DNA of 64,000 bases from Candidatus Bathyarchaeota archaeon (GTDB lineage: Archaea > Thermoproteota > Bathyarchaeia > Bathyarchaeales > Bathycorpusculaceae), in the NCBI GenBank assembly GCA_963775685.1, contig CAVZJV010000014.1:576001-640000 (forward strand). Direction: 5' to 3'. The first letter of the stretch is position 1. Each line of letters opens with the position of its first letter. Made by a program: the position numbers and the translations under genes. Shown piece after piece: positions 27,586 through 37,158 of this stretch. The notes beneath the pieces are model-generated. The model did no database searches. It was given only the letters and a program-made list of their open reading frames with translations, and was not told the origin of the DNA.

Positions 27586-28137
27586 CTAGGGACCTCCTGA
27601 ATTATCATCAGGCAGAATTGCTTCAGCGTCAATTACTCGGCGAGGAACTTCGATCTGTCTGGAATTGTAGAAAGGCAAGCTCTCCAAGGTATTTTTACTC
27701 ATCAAATTTACGACAACATCGCCAACTGTTGATTGCTGGCCATTGGGCAGTTTCATCAAAACCTCGCTGAGAAATTCTTTCTCGATTGTGCTAAGACCCC
27801 AAACCACCGCTTCAATCTTGCTTTTTATCCAATGAAACAGCAGCCTGTACTCCTGGTTAATGTTCTCAGACTCAACGAGTTTGCCATGAAGCTTCCTTTT
27901 GATAAAGATATGAGGAGGCTTAACCGCGACGCCTAGTTGTTTCTTGACACCCTCTACTTGTGCCTCAATGATGAACTCTAAAGTATCATCCTGGCCTTCA
28001 AGAGTGGTCCAGCGAATGTTCTTTATCCCGTAGCTTTTTAGCAGAATCTCAATTTCCGCTTTAGTCCGTTCATACGGAACGGTTGTATCCATGTAGGGTG
28101 GATTGCGATTTAGAACAAAACTAACTCTATTACTCAT
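27586..28137 (-). CDS. Conserved phage-type hypothetical protein
   Basis: TTVPYERTKAEIEILL...RLLFHWIKSKIEAV pattern recalled from phage early genes. Confidence 0.6.
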   Translation of the reverse strand: MSNRVSFVLNRNPPYMDTTVPYERTKAEIEILLKSYGIKNIRWTTLEGQDDTLEFIIEAQVEGVKKQLGVAVKPPHIFIKRKLHGKLVESENINQEYRLLFHWIKSKIEAVVWGLSTIEKEFLSEVLMKLPNGQQSTVGDVVVNLMSKNTLESLPFYNSRQIEVPRRVIDAEAILPDDNSGGP

Positions 28138-28657
28138 CTTTGATTTCTCCTTTCGTTACTTGGATTCGCTCCTCGAACGCAGCAATCGTATCGTGTTGAG
28201 CCCCTCCATGGCTAATCAGACAGATTTCGCGGATCCTAAAACCACGGCTAGCACCCATCACGCGACTATGATACCCAAAAGTGATAACACAACCAGAAGG
28301 TGTCAAAATATCGGGCAGAACATCGAGGAGTTGCTTGAAACGACTATTCTTGTGCCCATTATAGAGCTCCATGCTCTTGCGGTAACTATACGGCGGGTCT
28401 AGCAAAATAACATCGAATAACTCGCCTCGTTCCCTGAGATGTTTGGCGCAATCCAGGGCATCCATCCGAAAAAGAGTACAAGGCATATCGTCTAGGTCAT
28501 TGGCGACTTCAATGCAGCCCATCAATCGTGTGGGACCTGCAAACAGGTTCAGCACATACTTTCCTTTGCACTGCTCTTCTACCCATGCCTTAGTCTTTGG
28601 CGCCTTGAACGTATAGCGATTAAGCGGCTGACGTAGGTAAGTAAAAATGATGCTCAA
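28130..28657 (-). CDS. Compact N6-adenine DNA methyltransferase
   Basis: VLNLFAG (motif I) and ILLDPPY (motif IV); TTG start at 28657 after GGAGG. Confidence 0.75.
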   Translation of the reverse strand: MSIIFTYLRQPLNRYTFKAPKTKAWVEEQCKGKYVLNLFAGPTRLMGCIEVANDLDDMPCTLFRMDALDCAKHLRERGELFDVILLDPPYSYRKSMELYNGHKNSRFKQLLDVLPDILTPSGCVITFGYHSRVMGASRGFRIREICLISHGGAQHDTIAAFEERIQVTKGEIKDE

Positions 28658-28737
28658 AAAAGAGGCCTCCCAACGCTTAGAGCATCCGCTAAGCCAGAAA
28701 AAATACAAAAAGAGACGGTAGTTTGTGGAACTGGGCG

Positions 28738-28761
28738 TGGCGCCACCGCTGGGATCCGAAC
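28738..28761 (-). repeat. tRNA 3'-end-like fragment (possible att scar)
   Basis: Minus strand GTTCGGATCCCAGCGGTGGCGCCA resembles the T-loop, acceptor and CCA of the adjacent tRNA (GTTCGAGTCCTTTCGGCGGCGCCA). Confidence 0.5.
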
Positions 28762-28839
28762 GTTTAGGGCGTTCGCTATCTTTACTCTTAAAATGAAAAA
28801 AGAAGAGGATGAAAATCTAGTATAAGTTAAGATTAGAAG

Positions 28840-28916
28840 TGGCGCCGCCGAAAGGACTCGAACCTTTGACCTACTGATTAACAGTCAGTTGCACTACCGG
28901 GCTGTGCAACGGCGGC
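28840..28916 (-). tRNA. tRNA-Asn(GTT)
   Basis: GCCGCCG/CGGCGGC acceptor stem, ACTGA-CTGTTAA-TCAGT anticodon arm, AAAGG-TTCGAGT-CCTTT T arm, encoded CCA, no intron. Confidence 0.95.
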
Positions 28917-28982
28917 AAAGCATCGGCACTTCTGCAACTTTCAGTTCCACGAAGGTATTTAAGCTTTCATTTAAAAATTAGT

Positions 28983-30446
28983 CTATTCGATTTGTCGCAC
29001 TTTATGTTTCGCTATTGCTGAAAAGCCCTTGTAGAACTCCTTCATAATGGACGAATACCATTTTCCAGAAAAAGACCAATCAAGCAAATTGTCCACCCAG
29101 AAGAAGTCATGTTCAGCACACAAAACCAGCAGCTGCTTATGGAGTTCATTGAGTTGTGTTTTGGTAAACCAGTCTTTACTCTTGAGTTTTCCAAGAGGAA
29201 CAAAAAACAATGGCACAATTAGGCTACGCATTCCTTTGAGGTCATCAACTAAATCCATTGTTGCCAACACGTCCTCTTCGCGTTCGTCAGGCAATCCTAA
29301 AATCAAAGTGCACGCAGGAACCATCCGATTATCATGCAGTAGTCCCATCCCCTCAACTACAACATCGTGCCAATTCTCAGCCGCAAAGGGGTGAGCTTTA
29401 GCGGGCATAATCTTCTTAGCGACCTCAGGCGAGCCCGTCTCTATACCAACTTCGACGCCCCACCATTTCTGTTTTTGACGTATAATCTCGGAGAGTTTCT
29501 CAAAGAGCTTTGGTTTTGAAGCTACAGCCGCCAAAGAGCAGTGACTCCAGCTTATGCCATCGCATTTTTTAACGACCAACTCATGAAGTTGCAAAAGTTT
29601 CTCCTCATTTGGCACAGTGTTTTTTGAACCATAAAGCATAACATCTTCCGCGTGAAGGCAGGTACCTACAACTTTTTCTGAATCCAAATTAACATTAAGC
29701 TCACGTTCAATCTTCTCGACAGGGTACCATCGTAGAGGTCGAAGAGTAACGTTGCAGAATTGACATCCTCGACAGCAGCCTCTGCCGATTTCAACTAAAC
29801 CATTTATTGAAGGGGCAACAATATCAGGGATCTCTTCTAAACAGGGTACTTCACCAACGCTTACTTCGTAGTGACGAGGCAGTTCTTGTCCTTCAAGAGC
29901 TGCTCTGAAGAGTTTACCAACCACATTTTCTCCTTCACCATCAACAACACAGTCAATTTCTAAATCCTCAAAAGATTTTTCGCGGTACTTAAACTGCCAT
30001 GCGCCCGGTCCACCAACAATTATTTTTAAATCCTTTTGTTTTGCCTTCTTGACTGCGGAACTTTGCAGTAAGGCATGAAAATGCTTTGATAGATAGGGCT
30101 CTTTTTTGAAAATGGATGCGAGTGTAGTGGAGGCTGGACCTAGACCGAATGGATCCATGGCATGGATGCCAAGCACTTTTGCGTTTTTTAAGCCGCTTTC
30201 AAGGTGGCTTGGACCTACGGTTTCTACATTGAAGCCTTCTTTTAGGAGTTGAGCTTCAGTTTTTCTTAACCCATAGGGAGCAGCCCAAGGTTGTCCATTG
30301 CTTGTTTTTAGAGGAGGAAAAAAGAGGTAGCTGTAGAGCCATTCAGGAATAAAATTTGGAGGGGCGCAGGTACCAAAGCCTAAGAATTCATTTTGATGAT
30401 AATTACTCATTAAGGTTCGATCAGCTGTTAAAAGTACATCTGCCAT
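28983..30446 (-). CDS. B12-binding-domain radical SAM protein
   Basis: IIVGGPGAWQ and EIGRGCCRGCQFC (CxxxCxxC). Confidence 0.9.
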   Translation of the reverse strand: MADVLLTADRTLMSNYHQNEFLGFGTCAPPNFIPEWLYSYLFFPPLKTSNGQPWAAPYGLRKTEAQLLKEGFNVETVGPSHLESGLKNAKVLGIHAMDPFGLGPASTTLASIFKKEPYLSKHFHALLQSSAVKKAKQKDLKIIVGGPGAWQFKYREKSFEDLEIDCVVDGEGENVVGKLFRAALEGQELPRHYEVSVGEVPCLEEIPDIVAPSINGLVEIGRGCCRGCQFCNVTLRPLRWYPVEKIERELNVNLDSEKVVGTCLHAEDVMLYGSKNTVPNEEKLLQLHELVVKKCDGISWSHCSLAAVASKPKLFEKLSEIIRQKQKWWGVEVGIETGSPEVAKKIMPAKAHPFAAENWHDVVVEGMGLLHDNRMVPACTLILGLPDEREEDVLATMDLVDDLKGMRSLIVPLFFVPLGKLKSKDWFTKTQLNELHKQLLVLCAEHDFFWVDNLLDWSFSGKWYSSIMKEFYKGFSAIAKHKVRQIE

Positions 30447-30552
30447 TTTACCTTCCTTCTTTGCGCGCCAATTAAGACAGTTCTTAGCGCGAAAACTTAT
30501 TCAGTAGACAGAGATATAACTTTATTGCTAACTTGCTTGTTTGCGTTGCTTC

Positions 30553-32532
30553 TTAGACCTGATTTGAGCACTTTGAGAGGCCATGGCTTGTTTTGTCCCA
30601 GTAAAAAGGTTTTCTTACTAGTTGAATTAGTCCTCTCCAACTTGCTATGCTATGGAGTACCCAATACAAAGGCATAAGCAAGGCATAAGGCGTATAATGG
30701 TATTTTTTCAATTTTAGACAGGCTATTACGTAAATTGACAGATAAGAAGCGTTACCGGCTAAAAGGTTAAACATGCAAATTAACCGAAGGTAACCTGGCT
30801 CTAGCCAACTTAGATTTATAGGCAACAGAAAACTCGCTGCAGTAAGCATCCAAAGTATGGGGTTTACTAATGGAATAAAGACGGATGTCCCGAATGTAAG
30901 TTGGAATTTAAGGAATTTTTCTGCACCCAAGTCCTTCAAGAGCTGCCTTGGTTGCCGCATATGAACAAGGTAGGTTTGAAGGTGCCCTTTATACCATCGC
31001 GATCTTTGCCGAATCCAACTTTTAGCCGTCATTGTAGCTTCTTCATAAGTATGAGAATCAATCACTTCGGTTCTCAGCTTCTGACGCGCTAACCTTAACC
31101 CTAAATCAGCATCTTCAGTAACGTTATATGGATCCCACCGACCAAGTTCATCAAGACCTTTTTTCCTAAAATGGTTACTAGTACCTCCTAGCGGAATAGG
31201 AGCCTCTATCCAATCTAAACCCTGCAGGTAGAACTCATACCAATTCGCATATTCGATCGAAAACCATTTCGTTAGTATGTTTTCGTCTGCGTTGTAAAAA
31301 TTAAGCTTTGACTGCAAACACACAACATTATCGCTTGAACGAAGAAAAATAATCGCAGCTTTTTTTAGCTGATCTGGATCTGGTTTGTCTTCTGCATCGT
31401 ATATAACAACTAGTTCGCCTTTTGCGCGCAGTAACCCGTAGTTGCAAGCCCTCGGCTTAGTGGTCACTTTTGCTGATGGAATGACAATTGGATCAAAAAG
31501 CTTTAGAAACCCAAAATATTTCTCACTTGGAATCCCTTCAACTTCCTTTTTGGGCGACCCAAACAACCCTAAGAGTTTGGCCGCACCAATGGTTTCTTCA
31601 TCATTTTCTTCAATTAAAATTTTGATGTCAAGCTTATCCTGAGGATAGTTCAGACGGTAAAGATTTCGAAGGATTTGGGGGAGGATTTTTGCTTCATGGA
31701 ATATTGGAATTAAAACAGTATAAACGGGCAGGTCTTCATTGTGAACCCCCTGTAACTCGCCTTTACTGATTCGCGTCGGTGTTCTTGCCCCCTTGAAGCC
31801 TCTAAGCGAAATGTAGATTTTAATGGGGTTAACTACAAAGTATCCAACACTGATCATAGCAAATAAAACCATGAAAGTCATCGTTGAACTTATTAATGCG
31901 CTAATGCTGACCACAACAAGTAGGGATAATATGAAGTATTTTTGTTTGGGATAAAGAACGCGGTAGGCGGATTGGTCTGGCGTACGATTGTAGAGATCGC
32001 ACATTGCATTGTTCTTGTGAATTTCTCGGTAGATGTTATCTATTGCCCATTCAATAGCTTCCGTGGAGATTACGCGTAAATTGATTTTCCAGGTGGCAAA
32101 TAAATACTGGATTGTGAGCATGACTTTTTCGTCTAATGGGTTGTCAACAGCCAAATCGATGGCTGGCCCGTTTATTTCTAAAGGAATGACTTTGTATCTG
32201 CTTATTATAGGATAAGGGAGAACTGTTATAAGCTTGCTTTTTTGTTCGTTCTTATAAATCTCCCTTATCTTGGAGTACTCTAGAAATGGTAGTCCGGTTT
32301 TTAAAGCAAGGTCGTGGAAAAAATTTTCCGGGATTTCTATTTTGCCTTTTCTTAAGGTTGGGATGATTTCTTCGACTGTTAATTGAGAGTGCTCTATTTG
32401 CTCTGTTCTGACTCCGTGTGCTTTGAGAAGGTTAATTATTTCTTTTTTACCCAGCGTTTCCTTGGTGGATGTGTCTATTATTGCTGCATTGGCGGGTATC
32501 TCGACTTCAACTGACACGGACAGTCTCTTCAA
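30553..32532 (-). CDS. GT2 membrane glycosyltransferase with N-terminal MshEN/T2SSE_N-like domain
   Basis: TKPRACNYG, YDAED, TEDAD and QRSRW motifs; N-terminal YKVIPL...LAVDNPLD. Confidence 0.85.
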   Translation of the reverse strand: MKRLSVSVEVEIPANAAIIDTSTKETLGKKEIINLLKAHGVRTEQIEHSQLTVEEIIPTLRKGKIEIPENFFHDLALKTGLPFLEYSKIREIYKNEQKSKLITVLPYPIISRYKVIPLEINGPAIDLAVDNPLDEKVMLTIQYLFATWKINLRVISTEAIEWAIDNIYREIHKNNAMCDLYNRTPDQSAYRVLYPKQKYFILSLLVVVSISALISSTMTFMVLFAMISVGYFVVNPIKIYISLRGFKGARTPTRISKGELQGVHNEDLPVYTVLIPIFHEAKILPQILRNLYRLNYPQDKLDIKILIEENDEETIGAAKLLGLFGSPKKEVEGIPSEKYFGFLKLFDPIVIPSAKVTTKPRACNYGLLRAKGELVVIYDAEDKPDPDQLKKAAIIFLRSSDNVVCLQSKLNFYNADENILTKWFSIEYANWYEFYLQGLDWIEAPIPLGGTSNHFRKKGLDELGRWDPYNVTEDADLGLRLARQKLRTEVIDSHTYEEATMTAKSWIRQRSRWYKGHLQTYLVHMRQPRQLLKDLGAEKFLKFQLTFGTSVFIPLVNPILWMLTAASFLLPINLSWLEPGYLRLICMFNLLAGNASYLSIYVIACLKLKKYHYTPYALLMPLYWVLHSIASWRGLIQLVRKPFYWDKTSHGLSKCSNQV

Positions 32533-32869
32533 ATTGATTTATACGTCACACACCAACATAATGTATCTTACTTCTCACTACTAAGTACTCTAACTACATA
32601 ATTTACTCAAACAGAATACACAAATTTGTTAACAACGAAAAAAAATTGAACCCCCTACCTTATCCAAGAATTTTAAAGTCAAATAAATACGAAGAAGTTG
32701 GCTTTGAACATATTATCGCCTGAGGAAATCATCAACATATTCAAGAACCAGAAATAACATTGGAAAGAAAAAAGAGCAAAACCCTGAGAAATGTCAAGAA
32801 TTCAGAGAAAAATGTATATCAAGGTTAACACCAATTTAGTTCAGAAAACAATTTAGTTAGGGGAATACT

Positions 32870-33433
32870 TTGAAAAGTATGGTAGAGTTTAGATGGCATG
32901 GTAGAGGCGGGCAAGGCGCTTGGACGGCCAGCGAACTTTTGGCAAGAACAGCCCTCGATGAAGGCAAGTACATTCAATCTTTTCCAGAGTTTGGACCTGA
33001 AAGAATGGGCGCACCCGTAACTGCTTTTACAAGAATCAGCACTAGACCAATACGGTTGCATTGTGCAATCTATGACCCAGATGTTGTTGTAGTTTTAGAC
33101 AACACTCTGCTTAAAAGTGTGCCAGTTACTTCTGGATTAAACCGCGATGAAGACATCTTAATTATCAACTCAAGTGAAGAACCTTCGGCCTTAAAAGAAA
33201 ACCTTCGCATTACAAAAGGAAAAGTCTGGACAGTTCCAGCAACCGAGATAGCCATTAGAATTTTGGGTGCTCCCATCACAAATACGGCACTTTTGGGTGT
33301 TGTCGCCAAAGCTACTGAAATAGTGACTTTAGAAGGGATAGAAAAAACTTTGAAAGGACGCTTTAGACAAGACTTGGCAGAGAAAAACTTTGCAGTCATA
33401 AATGAAGCCTACAAGGAGGCAAAAGTGGAATGA
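32870..33433 (+). CDS. porC: Pyruvate/2-oxoacid:ferredoxin oxidoreductase gamma subunit
   Basis: HGRGGQG and FGPERMGAP. Confidence 0.92.
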   Translation: MKSMVEFRWHGRGGQGAWTASELLARTALDEGKYIQSFPEFGPERMGAPVTAFTRISTRPIRLHCAIYDPDVVVVLDNTLLKSVPVTSGLNRDEDILIINSSEEPSALKENLRITKGKVWTVPATEIAIRILGAPITNTALLGVVAKATEIVTLEGIEKTLKGRFRQDLAEKNFAVINEAYKEAKVE

Positions 33434-33714
33434 GCAGCAAAGAAAAAACTTGGAAGGAAATATCTTTGGGCGGAGTCTGCTCAAAATCAAGCGTTGGATT
33501 CATGACTGGTGATTGGAAAACTTACATGCCAGTGCGAGACCTAGAAAAATGCACAGTATGCTTAACTTGTGTCATGTTTTGCCCGGAAGGCGCAATAGAC
33601 TGGCGTCCTGAAATGGGTAAAATCGATTTTGATTTTAGCTTCTGCAAAGGCTGCGGAATATGTGCTAACGAATGCCCAACTAAAGCGATAACCATGAAAA
33701 TGGAACAGGAGTAA
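33430..33714 (+). CDS. porD: 2-oxoacid:ferredoxin oxidoreductase delta subunit (2x4Fe-4S)
   Basis: TGDWKT, CTVCLTC..CP and CKGCGICANECP. Confidence 0.92.
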   Translation: MSSKEKTWKEISLGGVCSKSSVGFMTGDWKTYMPVRDLEKCTVCLTCVMFCPEGAIDWRPEMGKIDFDFSFCKGCGICANECPTKAITMKMEQE

Positions 33715-33719
33715 AATAA

Positions 33720-34952
33720 ATGCAAAAAACAGTTAGACAAGAAACTATGGGACTAAATGGTGATGAAGCTGTTGCTTATGCAGTTAAACAATCAGATGTT
33801 GACGTTGTTGCTGCGTACCCAATTACTCCACAAACAATCATAGTTGAGAAATACAGCGAGTATGTTGCAAATGGCGAGGTGCAAACGGAATTTGTTTGCA
33901 CCGAATCGGAACATAGCGCTATAACGGCTTGCCTAGCAGCATCAGCTACTGGCGCAAGAACTTTTACCGCAAGTGCTTCAGCTGGCTTAGCGTTAATGCA
34001 TGAAATGTTAACTGTGACATCTGGTTCTCGGGCACCGGTGGTCATGGCTGTTGCTAACCGAGCTCTGTCTTCCCCGCTTAACATTCACGGAGACCAATCG
34101 GACAGCATGGCGGAGCGGGATAGCGGATGGATCCAAATCTATGTTGAAAATGCACAGGAAGCCTACGACTCCATACTTCAAGCCTTCAAGATAGCTGAAG
34201 ATATCAGAGTTTCTTTGCCTATAATTATCGGCCTAGATGGTTTCACTCTGAGTCACACCCTTGAAAGAGTCGATACCCTCTCAGATCAAACAGTCAAAGA
34301 GTTCCTTGGAGAACGCCTGTTGCCCAACGTGCAGACACATGAAGGCAAGACAGTGCCCTACAAACTTGACCCAGACAACCCAATGACAATGGGACCGATT
34401 GCTCTGCAAAACTACTATTTTGAGTTTAAGAGGCAGCAAGACGAAGCGATGAAGAACGCTTTAAAGAAAATTCAAGAAACCAACAGTGAATTCGCAGAGA
34501 TAAGCGGTAGAAGCTACGGCAATGGACTTGTTGATTCTTACATGCTTGGCGACGCTGAAATCGCGGTAGTATGTGTCGGATCTACTGCAGGCACTCTTAA
34601 AGTAGTAGTTGACGCTTTAAGGCAAGAAGGAATTAAAGCAGGTCTCTTACGGTTACGTACATTTAGGCCTCTACCAGTCGAAGAACTACGAAACGCCCTC
34701 AAGAACGCCAAAGCAATTGCGGTTATGGACAAAAGTATGAGTTTTGGCGGTTTTGGAGGCGCAGTTTACCATGAAGTCAGGCACGCCCTCTACGATCTCC
34801 AAACACATCCGCCCGTTGTTAACTACATTTACGGGTTAGGTGGAAGAGACTCAAATCCAAGGGCATTCAGAACAATATTCGAAGACCTAATGAAAATAGC
34901 CAAAAGTGGCCGCATTGAAAAACAAATCAACTATTTTGGGTTGAGGGAATAA
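33720..34952 (+). CDS. porA: 2-oxoacid:ferredoxin oxidoreductase alpha subunit
   Basis: YPITPQT, ESEHSA and YGLGGRD. Confidence 0.93.
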   Translation: MQKTVRQETMGLNGDEAVAYAVKQSDVDVVAAYPITPQTIIVEKYSEYVANGEVQTEFVCTESEHSAITACLAASATGARTFTASASAGLALMHEMLTVTSGSRAPVVMAVANRALSSPLNIHGDQSDSMAERDSGWIQIYVENAQEAYDSILQAFKIAEDIRVSLPIIIGLDGFTLSHTLERVDTLSDQTVKEFLGERLLPNVQTHEGKTVPYKLDPDNPMTMGPIALQNYYFEFKRQQDEAMKNALKKIQETNSEFAEISGRSYGNGLVDSYMLGDAEIAVVCVGSTAGTLKVVVDALRQEGIKAGLLRLRTFRPLPVEELRNALKNAKAIAVMDKSMSFGGFGGAVYHEVRHALYDLQTHPPVVNYIYGLGGRDSNPRAFRTIFEDLMKIAKSGRIEKQINYFGLRE

Positions 34953-34966
34953 AGAGGAAAAACAAC

Positions 34967-35935
34967 ATGGCAACAATACAAGAATGGAAATTCACAGCAA
35001 AAGATATTGCATTAAAACCAGACCTTTTCCTTTCGGGACATAGAGCATGTGCAGGCTGTGGACCCGCAGCCGTGCTACGCCTAATAATGAAAGCGACACG
35101 TGGACCCACAATTGTGACTGAAGCAACAGGCTGCATGGAAGTGGTCTCCTCAATTTACCCCTATACGTCTTGGGCTCTGCCTTGGTTGCACACAGCCTTT
35201 GAAAATGCTGCCGCGAACGCTTCAGGCATTGATGCAGCGTTGAAGGCTATGCGAAGGAAAGGCAAAGTCAGACAAGAACACATCGACATCATTGCAATTG
35301 CAGGTGATGGCGGAACCTACGACATTGGTTTGCAAGCCCTTTCAGGTGCAATTGAACGTGGACATGATTTCCTGTTTGTATTATATGACAACGAAGGTTA
35401 CATGAATACTGGGATCCAAAGGAGCGGCGGAACACCGACAGGCGCGGCAACAACAACTACCCCAGCAGGATCAGTTATTCCTGGCAAGCTGGAAAAGAAA
35501 AAACCTATTAGCGAAATCATGCTGGCACACGAAATGGAATATGTAGCTACCGCAACACCCTACTACTGGAAAGATATGCTTACTAAAGTCCGCAAAGGCC
35601 TAGAAGTTGAAGGACCAGCATTCCTACACGTGTTCGCCCCGTGCCCAAGAGGCTGGAGAAGCGAACCCGCAAAAACCATAGAGTACAGCAAACTCGCGGT
35701 CGAGTCCTGTGTGTTCCCAGTTTGGGAAGCAGTGAACGGCAAAAGGCAGCTCTCTATTCCAAGCAAACTGATTGCGTTGGCACCCCAGAAGAAGAAGCCA
35801 GTGAAGGCGTATTTGGAGGGTCAGGGTAGGTTTAGGCACCTGTTTAAACCCCAAAACAGCCACATACTTGACGAAATCCAGCGCAGTACCGATGAGCGTT
35901 GGAACCGGCTTTTGCAGAAATGCGAACCCGCCTAA
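34967..35935 (+). CDS. porB: 2-oxoacid:ferredoxin oxidoreductase beta subunit
   Basis: GHRACAGC, TPP motif GDGG...DNEGYMNTG, PCPRGW. Confidence 0.93.
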   Translation: MATIQEWKFTAKDIALKPDLFLSGHRACAGCGPAAVLRLIMKATRGPTIVTEATGCMEVVSSIYPYTSWALPWLHTAFENAAANASGIDAALKAMRRKGKVRQEHIDIIAIAGDGGTYDIGLQALSGAIERGHDFLFVLYDNEGYMNTGIQRSGGTPTGAATTTTPAGSVIPGKLEKKKPISEIMLAHEMEYVATATPYYWKDMLTKVRKGLEVEGPAFLHVFAPCPRGWRSEPAKTIEYSKLAVESCVFPVWEAVNGKRQLSIPSKLIALAPQKKKPVKAYLEGQGRFRHLFKPQNSHILDEIQRSTDERWNRLLQKCEPA

Positions 35936-36188
35936 TTTTCTTTTTTTATAGATTCTTGAGAAACGTATCGTCCGTTAGTTGGTTTGTTATGGCTAAAATA
36001 GATTTTATGAACCCTAATAGGCATTATCCACGTTTGTAACAGTCACTTGTTCCTTGAAAAGAAAGCGCTAATTTGTGAATGCGCTCAAGCATATTTATGT
36101 TGTTTTAAGCCAGAAAACATATAAGCAACAAAGCACACATGTGCTTAAGGTGAAACATGCATATAGCAAGTATGCACAGGTGAAACAA

Positions 36189-36593
36189 ATGCGTAGAAGT
36201 TTAACAGTAACCCCAGAAAACGACAAAAAAATTCTGCTAACAAAAGGGCGCTTCCTAACAGGAGACGCACCATTCGACATAGACTACACAACAATGGTTA
36301 ACATCTTCTTAGAACTAGGTTACAAACTAATGACCCAAGCATGGAGTGACAGCGCAAACCAAAAAGTCATCGTAGACAAAAACGAAATCACGGAATCTTT
36401 CAAAAAACACTTCTTTAACGCTGAACTCAAAGAAGAAGCAATAGGAGACTTAGTGACCGAAATCATATTCAAAAAATTCGTAGAACAAACAAATCAGGCC
36501 GCATGTAACCAAATCCAACAAGAACAGGTCCCCGCCCTGCCTGCAGAATCAACGAAATCAAAAGATACAAAAAAAGAAAAATACATCTCATAG
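36189..36593 (+). CDS. Hypothetical protein leading the grpE-dnaK operon
   Basis: ATG at 36189 after GGTGA RBS; MRRSLTVTPEND start resembles a ribbon-type DNA-binding strand. Confidence 0.6.
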   Translation: MRRSLTVTPENDKKILLTKGRFLTGDAPFDIDYTTMVNIFLELGYKLMTQAWSDSANQKVIVDKNEITESFKKHFFNAELKEEAIGDLVTEIIFKKFVEQTNQAACNQIQQEQVPALPAESTKSKDTKKEKYIS

Positions 36594-36618
36594 TTAATCC
36601 AAGAGGGACAAATCCGAT

Positions 36619-37158
36619 ATGATTGACAAAGATTCTAAGCCTGAAAAATTTGAAGAATTGCTAGAAAACGAGAAGAAACGATCCGAAGACTATCTGAATA
36701 GATTAAAGTATTTACAGTCAGATTTCGAAAACTTTAAGAAACGTTTCGACCGCGAAATGGAGCATGTAAAATGTTACTGCAATGAACGAATCATTATGCA
36801 ACTCTTGGATGTAGTTGACGAATTAGAACTCGCCGTGAAAAACGGGGAAATTTCTAGTCAATCCACCCAGAGTTTGTTGGAGGGAGTAGAAATGACCCTA
36901 AATAAGCTCAGAAAGGTTCTTGAGCAAGAAGGCGTTTCTGAAATACCCGACCCAAAAGGCAAACCTTTTGACTCCTTATTGCATAACGTAATCTGCACCG
37001 AGGAGCGAGAGGATGTTGCAGAATCGACCGTAGTCGATCAAATACGGAAAGGGTATATTTTGAGGGGGAGAGTAATTCGCCCCAGTATTGTCCGTGTGGC
37101 AATCAAACCAAAAAATCAAAGTAATGAAAATAACAAAATGGAGGAAAAACAAGAATGA
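36619..37158 (+). CDS. grpE: Nucleotide exchange factor GrpE
   Basis: [11 protein letters not shown] and [15 protein letters not shown]. Confidence 0.95.
   Translation: MIDKDSKPEKFEELLENEKKRSEDYLNRLKYLQSDFENFKKRFDREMEHVKCYCNERIIMQLLDVVDELELAVKNGEISSQSTQSLLEGVEMTLNKLRKVLEQEGVSEIPDPKGKPFDSLLHNVICTEEREDVAESTVVDQIRKGYILRGRVIRPSIVRVAIKPKNQSNENNKMEEKQE

Larger units (their letters stand above)
3504..28761 (-). mobile_element. Integrated head-tail provirus (siphovirus-like, possibly defective or GTA-like); boundaries approximate
   Basis: Co-oriented TerL, portal, protease, capsid, neck, tail tube, TAC, gp10 and hub genes next to tRNA-Asn; left boundary and integrase not seen. Confidence 0.88.
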
